From positions 22,095-86,094 of the forward strand of contig DASYDE010000107.1 of assembly GCA_036499725.1 (NCBI GenBank): a stretch of 64,000 nt of DNA, read 5' to 3'. This document shows positions 44,997 to 54,126 of the stretch, one piece after another (within the stretch, counting starts at the first letter, position 1; every line of letters begins with the position of its first letter). Position numbers and translations under genes: made by a program. The stretch is from Kofleriaceae bacterium (lineage in GTDB: Bacteria; Myxococcota_A; Polyangia; Haliangiales; Haliangiaceae). The notes beneath the pieces were generated by a model. That model was given only the letters and a program-made list of their open reading frames with translations, did no database searches and was not told where the DNA came from.

Positions 44997-46808
44997 CTAC
45001 AGCATGCGCGTGGCGGCGACGACAAAGCACTCGTCGGACTTGCAGGCGAGAGCCCAGTACGCACCGCGATGCCACGGCTCGTAGGTCAGCGTCTCGGCGG
45101 CCGTTCCGAGGCGTTTCCACTCGTGACCGACGCTGTAGATCAGGATCTCGTAGTCACCATTCCCGTTCAGCTCGGGCGGCAGGATGACCCGACGCTGGCG
45201 CGTGACGCCGATGCGCTCGATGACACCAGCCCACGCATCGGTTCCCGAGCGGCGCCACCGAGCAAGCAGCAGCGTGCTCGCGGGAAGAGGCGGTCGATCA
45301 CCGAGAAAGTCGACGACGAGATCGACCTGCTGCACCGACGGTTGGCGCGTGCGCATCCGCGTGACGCCCGCGAGCCCGGCCATCTGCACGGCGCCGACAT
45401 CGAGCCCGCGGACGGGCCCCATCGCGAAGCCGCTCGTGTCGGTGGTGGGAGTGACACGCGGAACGATGCGGACGTCGGAGATACCGAGCGGCGCGTCGAG
45501 ATCCATCGAGCGGTACGCGATGTCTGCGAGCCCGAAGTACCGCGAGACCAGCGCTCGCTTGTCGTCGAACCGCATGTCATCGCCCAGGAACCACCACGAC
45601 GTGTCGACCTGATCGAACGCGTCGAGCGTCACGATCGAGCCAGGCGTCGACGCAGCAAGCTCGGCGAGGCGATCCGTGCTCTCGAGACTCAGCCGGTAGT
45701 AGAGCGGCATCGTGCGCGCCGCCGCGTACGTGCTGGATGCGATCGCGAGGAAGACGAACGCCGCGAGCCGCTTGTTCGTGGTGAGCACCGCGTCGGCAAC
45801 GCCGATGACCGTCGCGAGGAGCAGCGCGCACGGAAACAGGAAGAAGCGCGGCCCGAGCTTGGGCGAGACGAACAACGTGATGACCACGAGCGCCCCGGCA
45901 GCGAGCGCCCATCCGACGCGCTGGAGCGGTTGGCGTTGCGACTCTCGCTCGCGGTCGTGCGATCCCAGGACGACAACAATCGCGAGCAGAACAAGCGCGG
46001 GCGCGATCGCGAGGACAAAGTCGCTCACGATCTCGAGGTTATTGACGACGCCCCGCTGGGCGAGCCGACCGAGCAACGAGACCTTTGTCGCGAGACCGGC
46101 GTACCGCTCGCCCTGCCCCGGCGCGAAGAAGATCGCGGCGAAGCCCATCACCATGCCGAACGCACCGGCGAGCGCGAGCGAGGGCCGCTGCTCTCCCATG
46201 CGATAGCGCCACGCCGCGTACGCCATGCAGTACACGACGAGCGTCGGGCCCGTGTGCTCGTTGGCAGCGCCCGCGAGAACACCGAGGAGGCCGAACGCGA
46301 GCGACGCCAAGATGCCGCCCTCGCCCGTCGGACGCAGGCGCAGGACAGCGAGGAACCACAGCTGGATCGCCGCACCGAGCAGGTAGTTGGCGCTGTAGGC
46401 GCGCGAGAAGATCACCATGCCGATCGACGGCAGCGCGAACCACGCGACACCGATCGCGATGGTCGTGAGTGCGAGATCGCGGCCGCGACGCAGCGAGGGG
46501 ACCCGCCCGATGCCGATCGTGACCACGGCGACGACGAGCGCGAGAAACGCGAGCGGCGTGAGGACCTCCGCGAAGCCAGCGATCTTGTACGAGAGATAGG
46601 TCGCCCACTGCCCGACGCGCGGGTTGGAGTGCACGTACTGATCGATGCCGTACGCTCCCCAGCGCGCGAACGAGAACGGCTCGGCGCCCGTGTCGCGCGC
46701 GACGTTCCACGCGTCGTACGTGAACGGCTCGCAGTGCATCACGATGCCGATGTGCAGCGCCGTGACAGCGATGAAGGCCGCGAACAACAGGCGTCCGAGC
46801 CAGCTCAC
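44997..46808 (-). CDS. polytopic membrane protein, GT-C-like family B paralog 1 (large C-terminal extracytoplasmic domain)
   Basis: 603 aa from GTG 46808, 14 nt after the flippase stop. Many TM segments. Shares FTYDAW, NPRVGQ, LTPL and the C-terminal W.LGDD block with genes 57344 and 59191. Confidence 0.75.
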   Translation of the reverse strand: MSWLGRLLFAAFIAVTALHIGIVMHCEPFTYDAWNVARDTGAEPFSFARWGAYGIDQYVHSNPRVGQWATYLSYKIAGFAEVLTPLAFLALVVAVVTIGIGRVPSLRRGRDLALTTIAIGVAWFALPSIGMVIFSRAYSANYLLGAAIQLWFLAVLRLRPTGEGGILASLAFGLLGVLAGAANEHTGPTLVVYCMAYAAWRYRMGEQRPSLALAGAFGMVMGFAAIFFAPGQGERYAGLATKVSLLGRLAQRGVVNNLEIVSDFVLAIAPALVLLAIVVVLGSHDRERESQRQPLQRVGWALAAGALVVITLFVSPKLGPRFFLFPCALLLATVIGVADAVLTTNKRLAAFVFLAIASSTYAAARTMPLYYRLSLESTDRLAELAASTPGSIVTLDAFDQVDTSWWFLGDDMRFDDKRALVSRYFGLADIAYRSMDLDAPLGISDVRIVPRVTPTTDTSGFAMGPVRGLDVGAVQMAGLAGVTRMRTRQPSVQQVDLVVDFLGDRPPLPASTLLLARWRRSGTDAWAGVIERIGVTRQRRVILPPELNGNGDYEILIYSVGHEWKRLGTAAETLTYEPWHRGAYWALACKSDECFVVAATRML

Positions 46809-46822
46809 ACAGGCACCATAGC

Positions 46823-48100
46823 CTAGAGCCGCACGCCGGTGATCTTGCGGACCATCCCGACGAGGAGCACGCACCCGACGACTAACCCAACGGCCGTCGC
46901 GATCGCCGCGCCCTCGAGCCCCAACGTCGGGATCAGGACGTAGTTGCCGACAAACGCGACGGCGAACACGAGCGCCGACATCACGGTGTGCCAGCCGGGC
47001 TTGGCCGCCATCAGCAGCATCTGGTTGAACGGCTGCCACGGGGACGAGAGCGCGAGTCCGGCCATCAGGAACGCGAACGGGATCGCCCCTTGCGCGAACT
47101 CTGCGTTCCCGACGAGGAGCGGCACGACATACGGGTACAGCACGGCGGATGCGATGCACGCGACGAGCATCAGCGGCACGAACCAGCGGCGCGTGCGCTT
47201 GACGAGAATGTGGATCAGCTCGACGCGTTTCCCCGCGAGCTCGTGCGCGAGCACCGGGTTCACGTTATTCGTGACGACGACGCCGAGCTGCATCGCGCCC
47301 TCGAACAGCGCGGCAGCGAGTGCGTAGATACCGACGGCATGATCGTCGAGCGCGATCCCCAGCATCCATACATCGAGCTTGCTGTTCACCTCGAACAACA
47401 GCGTCGCGGGCAGACCACGCGCGCCATAGCTGACGTGCGCCCTGACCCAGCGCATCCAGGACGACGCGCCGCGCACCTTCACCGTCGCGAACATCTCGCC
47501 GAGCAGCACGAGCATCAGCGCGCCCTCGGCAAACGACCACAGACCGCCGAGCTGCGCTCCGTCGATCTCCATCACGCGCGCACCGACGAGAGCGATCGCG
47601 ATCAGGATGTAGCGCAGCGACGTGTAGATCGCGAACGCGCGCATCCGGCGCAGACCGTTGACGATGCCGAACAGCACCTTGTTGAGCGCGAAGAAGAATA
47701 CGCCGGGCGCGACCATGCGCAAACCGATGGTGACGCGCGGACTGTCGAGCAGATGACCGAGCGCAGGAGCGAATGCACAGCACGCCGCTGCCGCCGCCGC
47801 CGCGAACACCACCGTCGGAACCACCGCACCGACGGCGACCGACGCGACGCGCTCCGGGTCATGAGGATCCTCGGCGATCGCGCGCAGCACGCTGTACTGC
47901 AGCCCGCACGCCCCGATCACCGCGTACGCGAAGAACGCGGGCGTCACGAGGTTGAACGCACCGAGCGCCTCCGCGCCCCACCAGCGCCCGATCATGAACT
48001 GCAGGCCGAGGCCGACGATCGCGAGCAGACCGACGGGGACGACGTTCCAGATCACGTCACGGCGTAAGCGCGCCCCGTCGACGTCGCTTTGCTCCGTCAC
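46823..48100 (-). CDS. MOP-superfamily polysaccharide flippase (Wzx-like)
   Basis: 425 aa, about 12 TM segments, with a 'polysaccharide biosynthesis protein'-type N-terminus (VIWNVVPVGLLAIVGLGLQFMIGRWWGAEALGAF). GTG start abuts the upstream stop (TGAGTG). Confidence 0.8.
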   Translation of the reverse strand: MTEQSDVDGARLRRDVIWNVVPVGLLAIVGLGLQFMIGRWWGAEALGAFNLVTPAFFAYAVIGACGLQYSVLRAIAEDPHDPERVASVAVGAVVPTVVFAAAAAAACCAFAPALGHLLDSPRVTIGLRMVAPGVFFFALNKVLFGIVNGLRRMRAFAIYTSLRYILIAIALVGARVMEIDGAQLGGLWSFAEGALMLVLLGEMFATVKVRGASSWMRWVRAHVSYGARGLPATLLFEVNSKLDVWMLGIALDDHAVGIYALAAALFEGAMQLGVVVTNNVNPVLAHELAGKRVELIHILVKRTRRWFVPLMLVACIASAVLYPYVVPLLVGNAEFAQGAIPFAFLMAGLALSSPWQPFNQMLLMAAKPGWHTVMSALVFAVAFVGNYVLIPTLGLEGAAIATAVGLVVGCVLLVGMVRKITGVRL

Positions 48101-50056
48101 TCAGTACAACTTGGGCGCCGCATTGATGATCTGCAGCGCTTCTTCTGCGGAGAAGCCGATCAACTGCGCGTACTCGCGGATCGAGGGCCAGCGCGGCTTG
48201 GAGTATTCGATCGCGCGCGCGAGTGCCACGTCGCGCGTCAGGTGGCCTTCGCGCACCATGTTCGCGAGCATCACCTCGTCCTCGGTGAACCCGGCGATCG
48301 TCTGGTAGATGTAGTTGTAGAACGCGGCCGTACCGTCGCCGATGCGCCAGGTCGTCGTCGTGTCCTCGGCGATCTCCCAGTCGTACTCGTGGCGGATCGT
48401 GTTGACGATCGTGTCCTCGTGCCAGTCGATGTACTGGAACAGGTAGAGGAAGTCGTCCTTCACCACGAACGTTTGCCAGAACGCATTCCACGTGTCGAAC
48501 AGCGACTCGTTGATGTAGCGCGGGTTCAGCGCGTACTGCTTGGCGTGATACCAGAGCATGCCCGCCTTGTTCCGCAGCGACATGCGCGTGAGCACGTTGC
48601 CGTGGTCATCCTGCGGCACGCCCATCAGGCCGGTTTTATAGGGCGCGTCCTCGATCATGTTGCCGGTGCAGAAGATGACGAGCTTGATGCCCGTCTCTTT
48701 CCGCAGCTCGCGCGCGTACGAGTAGAACTCTTTGTCGCCCGCCATGAACAGCGTGACCATCCCGATCTCGGGACGCTTCAGCCACGCGTCGACGTTCTTG
48801 CGCACGTAGCGGCGCTTGGCCGTGATGTCCGCCGCGCGGACGATGTGCTCGACGCCGAGCTTGCCGCACACGCGCGCCTGATTGCGCCGCGCGAGGTCGG
48901 TGACCATGCCCCAGTCGTACGTGTACGCGACCGGGTTCATGCCGAGGTTCTTCTTCACGTAGTGCAGGCCGTACGACGAATCACGCCCGCCGGAGAACGC
49001 GAGGATCACGTCGGGACTGCCGTCCTTGCTGCGGTACGGCTCCACGGCGTCGAGCAGCGCTTGCTCGCCTTTGACCTTGATGGACTTCCACGTGCGGCAG
49101 TAGTGGCAGACGCCGTCCTTGTCGAAGCCGACATACGGATACGTCGACGGGAGAATGCACTTGGTGCAGCGCTGCAGGCCGGAGAGCTTGGGCGTGTGGT
49201 CGACGATCTGGACGACGTGACCGTTCGGCCGGAAGTCCTCGCTCGGGACAGGCTCGGGCGCCGTGCTCGTCAGCGAGAACGCGTGGCGGCGCATCCCTTC
49301 GAGGTGCAGCACGAGCGCATGGCCGGCGCGGATCTGTTCGATGCGCGCATCGGGTCCAAGGCGCGCGGATAGCACCTTGTCGTCGAGAACGCGCTGGAGA
49401 ATGAACCGCTCCGATGCGAACGCGAACAGCAGCCCGTCGCTGCTCGTGAGCTGGAACAGCGAGCCCGTGTTCGTCGCGAGCAGCATCGCGTCGAGGTTGT
49501 CGAACAGCATCGCGATGGACGCGGAGCCCTGTACGTCCGCGAACGTCGCGCGCGTGGCCTCGACGAGATCGTTGCTCTTGTTCAGCCGCGTTCGCAGCAA
49601 CGACGCGAGCGTCTCGCTATCGAGCTCGCCGATGCGCACGAGCTCTGGGTGGGCGGCCGCGAGCTCCGCGTCGTTCACCACGATGCCGTTGTGCAGCGCG
49701 ACCGCGCCGTACGTGATCACGGGCTGGTTGTTGTCGGAGTTGCCCTGCGATCCGTTGGTGGCCAACCGCGAGTGCCCCGCGATGGCGAGCGCCGGTCCGA
49801 TCGACTGCACGCGCCGGACGTCGTAACGATCGAGGGCGCCCTCCAGCATGGTCGTGAGCTTGGGGTTCGCGAGCAGGTCGCTCACGCTGCCGCCCTGCTT
49901 CAGAACTTCGATGCCGGTGCCGTGGTGAACCGCGAGTCCCGCTGCCTCGCGTCCGCGCGTTTCACTGAAGCGCAGCAGGGCCAGGGCGAGGTCGCGCGCG
50001 GTCTGTCGTTCGACTCGTGGGTCGCTCGCGCAAATGACGCCAAAGATGCCGCACAT
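48101..50056 (-). CDS. fusion of class-II (Ntn) glutamine amidotransferase with a WbpG-type N-acetyl-sugar amidotransferase (PP-loop ATPase)
   Basis: 651 aa. MCGIFGV N-terminal nucleophile plus a GATase-II body. Then CTKCILPSTYPYVGFDKDGVCHYC (zinc-ribbon-like) and the PP-loop LAFSGGRDSSY, as in WbpG/WbuX-type enzymes. Confidence 0.85.
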   Translation of the reverse strand: MCGIFGVICASDPRVERQTARDLALALLRFSETRGREAAGLAVHHGTGIEVLKQGGSVSDLLANPKLTTMLEGALDRYDVRRVQSIGPALAIAGHSRLATNGSQGNSDNNQPVITYGAVALHNGIVVNDAELAAAHPELVRIGELDSETLASLLRTRLNKSNDLVEATRATFADVQGSASIAMLFDNLDAMLLATNTGSLFQLTSSDGLLFAFASERFILQRVLDDKVLSARLGPDARIEQIRAGHALVLHLEGMRRHAFSLTSTAPEPVPSEDFRPNGHVVQIVDHTPKLSGLQRCTKCILPSTYPYVGFDKDGVCHYCRTWKSIKVKGEQALLDAVEPYRSKDGSPDVILAFSGGRDSSYGLHYVKKNLGMNPVAYTYDWGMVTDLARRNQARVCGKLGVEHIVRAADITAKRRYVRKNVDAWLKRPEIGMVTLFMAGDKEFYSYARELRKETGIKLVIFCTGNMIEDAPYKTGLMGVPQDDHGNVLTRMSLRNKAGMLWYHAKQYALNPRYINESLFDTWNAFWQTFVVKDDFLYLFQYIDWHEDTIVNTIRHEYDWEIAEDTTTTWRIGDGTAAFYNYIYQTIAGFTEDEVMLANMVREGHLTRDVALARAIEYSKPRWPSIREYAQLIGFSAEEALQIINAAPKLY

Positions 50057-50068
50057 ATTGGTGAATCA

Positions 50069-50086
50069 GGCGAAGGGAGCTTCGCC
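50069..50086. promoter_or_regulatory. palindrome in the divergent promoter region between the amidotransferase operon and family A paralog 1
   Basis: GGCGAAG-GGAG-CTTCGCC within the 71-nt intergenic region 50057-50127, next to an AT-rich TGCATATATTG stretch. Confidence 0.3.
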
Positions 50087-50127
50087 CTTATACACAGGAT
50101 CGCAAGCTTTGTGCATATATTGCCCCC

Positions 50128-51498
50128 GTGCGCGCCGGCCTAAAGCGAGTCCTTCGCGCGCTCGCTGCCGTCCCGCCGTTTGCCGTGCTGGGAGTCACGT
50201 GGCTGCTCGTCATTCTCTACGCGTACCCCGGCCAGATGACCGTGGATTCCTACGATCACCTGCGAGAAGCACGGACCGGCCTCTACACCGATGCGCACCC
50301 GCCGATCCTGAACCTCCTGTTCAAGGTCGCCGACGCGATCGTGAAGGGCCCCGTGCTGATGCTGTTCGCGCAGACGGTGATGCTGCTGCTCGGACTGTAC
50401 CTCGTGCTGCGCCGCCGCTTCTCCAAGCCCGCCGCCGCGTGGATCGCGAGCGCGATGTTCCTCTCGCCGCCCGTCATGTTGCCGATGACCATGATCTGGA
50501 AAGACGGCCTGATGGCCGGCGCGATGATGCTCGGCCTCGCGGGCATGCTCTCGACGAAGTACCGCAGCGCGAAGATCGCCGGCCTCGTCGCCATCTTCAT
50601 CGCGACCGCCGTTCGCTACAACGCGTTCGCGGGAACGTTCGGCCTCGTCGTGTTCGCGTTCGAGTGGCGACCGATGCGTTGGTACAAGCGCTACGCGATC
50701 TCGTTTGTCACCTGGCTCGCGATCACGATGGCCGCGTTCCGCATCAACGACGCGATGACCGACGTGCACATGCACTACTGGCACACGTCGCTCGCGCTCT
50801 ACGACATCGCCGGCACGCTGACCTACACCGACGACGATCTCACCGACGCGCAAGTGATGGATCTCTGCGCGGGCACCGGTCTCCAGATCACCACGAACAT
50901 CCAAGTCGAGATGCGCTCGATGTACTCGACGCGCGACTTCTTCTCGCTCGTCGCCAATCAAGATCACCGCCTGTGGAACGTCCCGCTCGGCGGCACCGAT
51001 CCACCACCCGCAGCCCAGGTCGCCGCCATCGAGGCCGCGTGGAAGCGCATCGTCACGAAGTACCCCCACGGCTACGTCAAGCATCGCGTGAGCGTCCTGT
51101 CCAAGGTGCTCGCGCTCAAGATCGGCCGCATCACCGGCCTCGTCTCGCAGCGCGACTACTTCAACTATCTCGGCGACGGCTACGGCCTGCACGTGCACTC
51201 GTGGAAGTTCCAGTACGCGCTCTCCGATGCGGAGCGCTGGCTCTCCGAGAACATGCTGTTCATGTTCCGGCCGTGGGTCTACCTACTCGTCGCGATTGGC
51301 CTGTTGTTGATGGCGCTGCGCCTCCCCGACGCGCTCGCCCTGCTCCTCTCCGGGATCGGGATGGAGTCCACACTCGTGTTCCTCGCCCCGAGCACTGATT
51401 ATCGGTACAGCCACTGGATGATCACCGCGACGATCGTCGCGTTCGCGATTCTGCTCGGCACGCGCCTGCAGAAGGCTCGCGCTCAACCCTCCACCTGA
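50128..51498 (+). CDS. polytopic membrane protein, GT-C-like family A paralog 1
   Basis: 456 aa with a GTG start. Motifs YPGQMTVDS, DAHPP, KGPVLM, PPVML...IWKDGLMAG and C-terminal DYRYSHWMI, shared with genes 55942, 62333 and (degenerate) 61242. Confidence 0.75.
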   Translation: MRAGLKRVLRALAAVPPFAVLGVTWLLVILYAYPGQMTVDSYDHLREARTGLYTDAHPPILNLLFKVADAIVKGPVLMLFAQTVMLLLGLYLVLRRRFSKPAAAWIASAMFLSPPVMLPMTMIWKDGLMAGAMMLGLAGMLSTKYRSAKIAGLVAIFIATAVRYNAFAGTFGLVVFAFEWRPMRWYKRYAISFVTWLAITMAAFRINDAMTDVHMHYWHTSLALYDIAGTLTYTDDDLTDAQVMDLCAGTGLQITTNIQVEMRSMYSTRDFFSLVANQDHRLWNVPLGGTDPPPAAQVAAIEAAWKRIVTKYPHGYVKHRVSVLSKVLALKIGRITGLVSQRDYFNYLGDGYGLHVHSWKFQYALSDAERWLSENMLFMFRPWVYLLVAIGLLLMALRLPDALALLLSGIGMESTLVFLAPSTDYRYSHWMITATIVAFAILLGTRLQKARAQPST

Positions 51499-51516
51499 CG
51501 TATACACACGCCGGAC

Positions 51517-52476
51517 ATGCCAGCGCCGCGCGTCGCCGTACTCGTGCCTTGTTACAACGAGGAAGCGGCGATCACGAAGGTCGTCGCCGACTTCAAGGCG
51601 GCGCTCCCCGACGCCGTCGTCTACGTCTACGACAACAACTCGACGGATAAGACCATCGAGGTCGCGACCGCCGCGGGCGCCGAGGTCCGCCGCGAGATGC
51701 GCAAGGGCAAGGGCAACGTCGTGCGCCGGATGTTCCAGGACATCGACGCCGACATCTACGTGATGGTCGACGGCGACGACACGTACGACGCATCCGCCGC
51801 CCCCAAGCTCGTCGACCTGCTCGTCGAAGACAACCTCGACATGGTCGTCGGTCGCCGCATCGAGACGCACCAAGAGGCGTATCGCGCGGGCCATCGCCTC
51901 GGCAACGCGGTCCTCACTGGCCTCGTGCGCTGGCTGTTCGGCGCGTCCATCGTCGACATGCTCAGCGGCTACCGCGTGTTCTCGCGCCGCTTCGTGAAGT
52001 CATTCCCGTCGTTCTCGCGCGAGTTCGAGATCGAGACCGAGCTCACCGTCCACGCGATGCAGATGCGCATGGCCGTCGCCGAGGTGAACACCGACTACAA
52101 GGAGCGCCCGCCCGGCTCCGTGTCCAAGCTGCGCACGTTCCGCGATGGCTGGCGCATCCTCATGACGATCAGCAACCTGATGCGCAACGAGCGCCCGCTG
52201 CTGTTCTTTGGACTGCTCGCGCTCCTCTTCACCGGCGTCGCCGTCGCGCTCGGCATCCCCGTCCTCACGCACTACCTGAGCACCGGCCTCGTGCCGCGCC
52301 TACCCACCGCCGTGCTGTGCATGGGCCTGGGCCTCATCGGCGTCATCGCCGTCGCGACCGGCCTGATCCTCGACCTCGTCTCGCACGTTCGCCGCGAGGG
52401 CAAACGCCTGGCGTATCTCAGCTACCCTGCGCCGAGGCCGAGCGAGGGTGCTCCTCCTCGGCTGCAGAAGCCGTAG
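51517..52476 (+). CDS. GT2 glycosyltransferase, polyprenyl-phosphate-sugar synthase type (GtrB/ArnC/DPM1-like)
   Basis: 319 aa. VLVPCYNEE, YDNNSTDKT and DGDDTYD (DxD) motifs. C-terminal TM pair (LLFFGLLALLFTGVAVALGIPVL; LCMGLGLIGVIAVATGLILDLV). Confidence 0.9.
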   Translation: MPAPRVAVLVPCYNEEAAITKVVADFKAALPDAVVYVYDNNSTDKTIEVATAAGAEVRREMRKGKGNVVRRMFQDIDADIYVMVDGDDTYDASAAPKLVDLLVEDNLDMVVGRRIETHQEAYRAGHRLGNAVLTGLVRWLFGASIVDMLSGYRVFSRRFVKSFPSFSREFEIETELTVHAMQMRMAVAEVNTDYKERPPGSVSKLRTFRDGWRILMTISNLMRNERPLLFFGLLALLFTGVAVALGIPVLTHYLSTGLVPRLPTAVLCMGLGLIGVIAVATGLILDLVSHVRREGKRLAYLSYPAPRPSEGAPPRLQKP

Positions 52477-52488
52477 GTGGTGCCACAT

Positions 52489-52584
52489 CTTCCCGTTCGG
52501 GACGATTTTCGCGGATTCATCGTGTTTCTTCCCCTCCAGGAAGATTTGGGCCCATTCGCCTACTGTCTTCCCGTACGGTAAGAG
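52489..52584 (+). promoter_or_regulatory. three TCTTCCC-containing inverted repeats upstream of hipB (operator-like)
   Basis: TCCCG-TT-CGGGA (52491-52502), TCTTCC-N6-GGAAGA (52527-52544) and CTTCCCGTACGGTAAG (52567-52582, core CCGTACGG perfect). The TCTTCCC cores are spaced 38-39 bp apart. The last site abuts the hipB ATG. Confidence 0.45.
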
Positions 52585-52585
52585 A

Positions 52586-52858
52586 ATGGCCAGCCGCCCG
52601 AAAACGTCCACAACGGTCAGCGCCACCCAAGCTCGCTCCGTTACCGACGTCGGAAAGCTGGCGCGAGACGCGCGGAAGCGTGCCGACCTTGACCAGGAGA
52701 CTGCCGCCGCGCTCTCGGGTGTGGGGCCGCGGTTCCTGGGGGAGCTCGAACGCGGAAAACCCAGCGTGCAACTGGGCCTCGTACTACAGGTTCTCGAGCG
52801 CCTGGGCCTCGACGTTTGGATCGCGCCCCGTGGTTGGCGCCCAGAGCAGCCCAAGTGA
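52586..52858 (+). CDS. hipB: HipB-like XRE-family HTH antitoxin
   Basis: 90 aa from ATG 52586. HTH segment ARKRADLDQETAAALSGVGPRFLGELERGK. Its stop overlaps the hipA GTG (GTGA). Confidence 0.8.
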   Translation: MASRPKTSTTVSATQARSVTDVGKLARDARKRADLDQETAAALSGVGPRFLGELERGKPSVQLGLVLQVLERLGLDVWIAPRGWRPEQPK

Positions 52859-54126
52859 CGAGCAAGAAGCCAAACGGCGAGCTCATCGTTCGCTACGAAG
52901 CGCGCACGGTTGGCGCGTTGAGCGCGGACAGAGACCAGTTCGGCCTGACGTACGATCCGAAATGGCTGGCGGCTCCCGACGCCTTTCCCGTCTCCACGAG
53001 TCTGCCACTCCGCTCCGAGCCGTACGCGGGCCGCGAAGCACACGCGTTCTTCGCGAACTTGTTGCCGGAAGGAGGAGCGCGCGAGGCCGTGAGTCGTCGA
53101 CTCGGACTCTCCGTCGACAATGACCTGGCTCTTCTTCGAGCGCTCGGAGGCGAATGCGCAGGTGCCTTTGCGGTCGTCGACGCAAGATCTCGTCCGCCCG
53201 ATCCCGACGACTACGCGTACGAGGAACTGGGCCAACGTCGTCTCGAGGAGCTGGTCGACAACGACACTGTACCTCTGCTGTTGGGCGGGCCCCCAACGCG
53301 GCTTTCGCTCGCTGGCGCCCAGGACAAATTGCCCGTCGCAGTCTTCGACGGAGTCATCTACCTGCCGCTTGAAGGAGCGCCAAGCACGCACATTCTCAAG
53401 CTCCCCCACCGACGGTTCAAGCACATCCCACTGAACGAGGCGTACGTCATGGGATTGGCGACGCGGATCGGGCTGCCGACTGCTCCGTCCGAGTTGCTGT
53501 TGCGCACCGAGCCTCCGAGCCTGCTCGTGCAGCGCTACGACCGAATCGTCGACGGTGAAGGTGTTCGGCGCCTCCACCAAGAGGATCTGTGTCAGGGCCT
53601 CGGACTCCCCCCGACGAAGAAGTACGAGGCAGAGGGTGGCCCGAGCCTCGCTACGACGCTCGACTTCACGAGTCAGCACTCCGCAGAACCAACGACCGAT
53701 CTACGGCGCATCCTCGGTTGGCAGGCGTTCAACGTGATCGTCGGAAACTGCGACGCTCACGGCAAGAACGTTTCGTTCCTGTACACCAGCACCACGCTGC
53801 GTCTCGCTCCGTTCTACGACCTCCTCTCGACGTTGCAGTATCGCGATCTCACGACAGAGCTTGCGATGAGCGTCGGCGGACGCCGCACACCGAGCGAGCT
53901 GCATCGCGCGCAGTGGGAACAACTCGCGAAGGACGCCCGCATCGGCTCATCGCTCGTCCTCGAACGCGTCCGCGACGTCGCCGAACGCTGCATCGCCGAG
54001 ATTCCCGCGTGGTCTGCCGAGTACCGGGAGCGCTACGGGCGCCGCTCGATCCTCGAAACGCTGCCAGCCTGGATCACGAAGAGCGCTCGGAGGACGCTTC
54101 GCCAGCTCGCGAAGAAGAGACCGTAG
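52855..54126 (+). CDS. hipA: HipA-family serine/threonine kinase toxin
   Basis: 423 aa from GTG 52855. HipA motifs LSLAGAQDKLPV, GNCDAHGKNVSF and LAPFYDLLST, with N-terminal coupling-domain-like sequence. Confidence 0.9.
   Translation: MTSKKPNGELIVRYEARTVGALSADRDQFGLTYDPKWLAAPDAFPVSTSLPLRSEPYAGREAHAFFANLLPEGGAREAVSRRLGLSVDNDLALLRALGGECAGAFAVVDARSRPPDPDDYAYEELGQRRLEELVDNDTVPLLLGGPPTRLSLAGAQDKLPVAVFDGVIYLPLEGAPSTHILKLPHRRFKHIPLNEAYVMGLATRIGLPTAPSELLLRTEPPSLLVQRYDRIVDGEGVRRLHQEDLCQGLGLPPTKKYEAEGGPSLATTLDFTSQHSAEPTTDLRRILGWQAFNVIVGNCDAHGKNVSFLYTSTTLRLAPFYDLLSTLQYRDLTTELAMSVGGRRTPSELHRAQWEQLAKDARIGSSLVLERVRDVAERCIAEIPAWSAEYRERYGRRSILETLPAWITKSARRTLRQLAKKRP

Noticed and set aside
44164-45120. Single 318-aa gene as given in the ORF track, or a frameshifted pseudogene, upstream of add
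   Set aside because: The N-terminal ~135 aa of that frame is basic and low-complexity, while the alternative frame 44681-44977 reads as a normal small protein. I therefore model two overlapping genes. A sequencing frameshift cannot be excluded without reads.
44997-47159. Over-extended 5' ends in the ORF track. Examples: 44997-47159, 27738-29738, 36601-38139, 54074-55354, 13708-14919, 11329-12096, 24875-25894, 38174-39559 and 55747-57342.
   Set aside because: The extensions run into the neighbouring gene or a terminator and are Arg-rich. Internal starts give proper signal peptides or lipoboxes, or 4-nt overlaps with the upstream stop.
52477-54126. hipBA as part of a mobile element or genomic island with defined borders
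   Set aside because: I see no integrase, transposase, tRNA attachment site or flanking direct repeats that I could verify by eye, and GC content looks similar to the flanks. Only the embedded position is reported.
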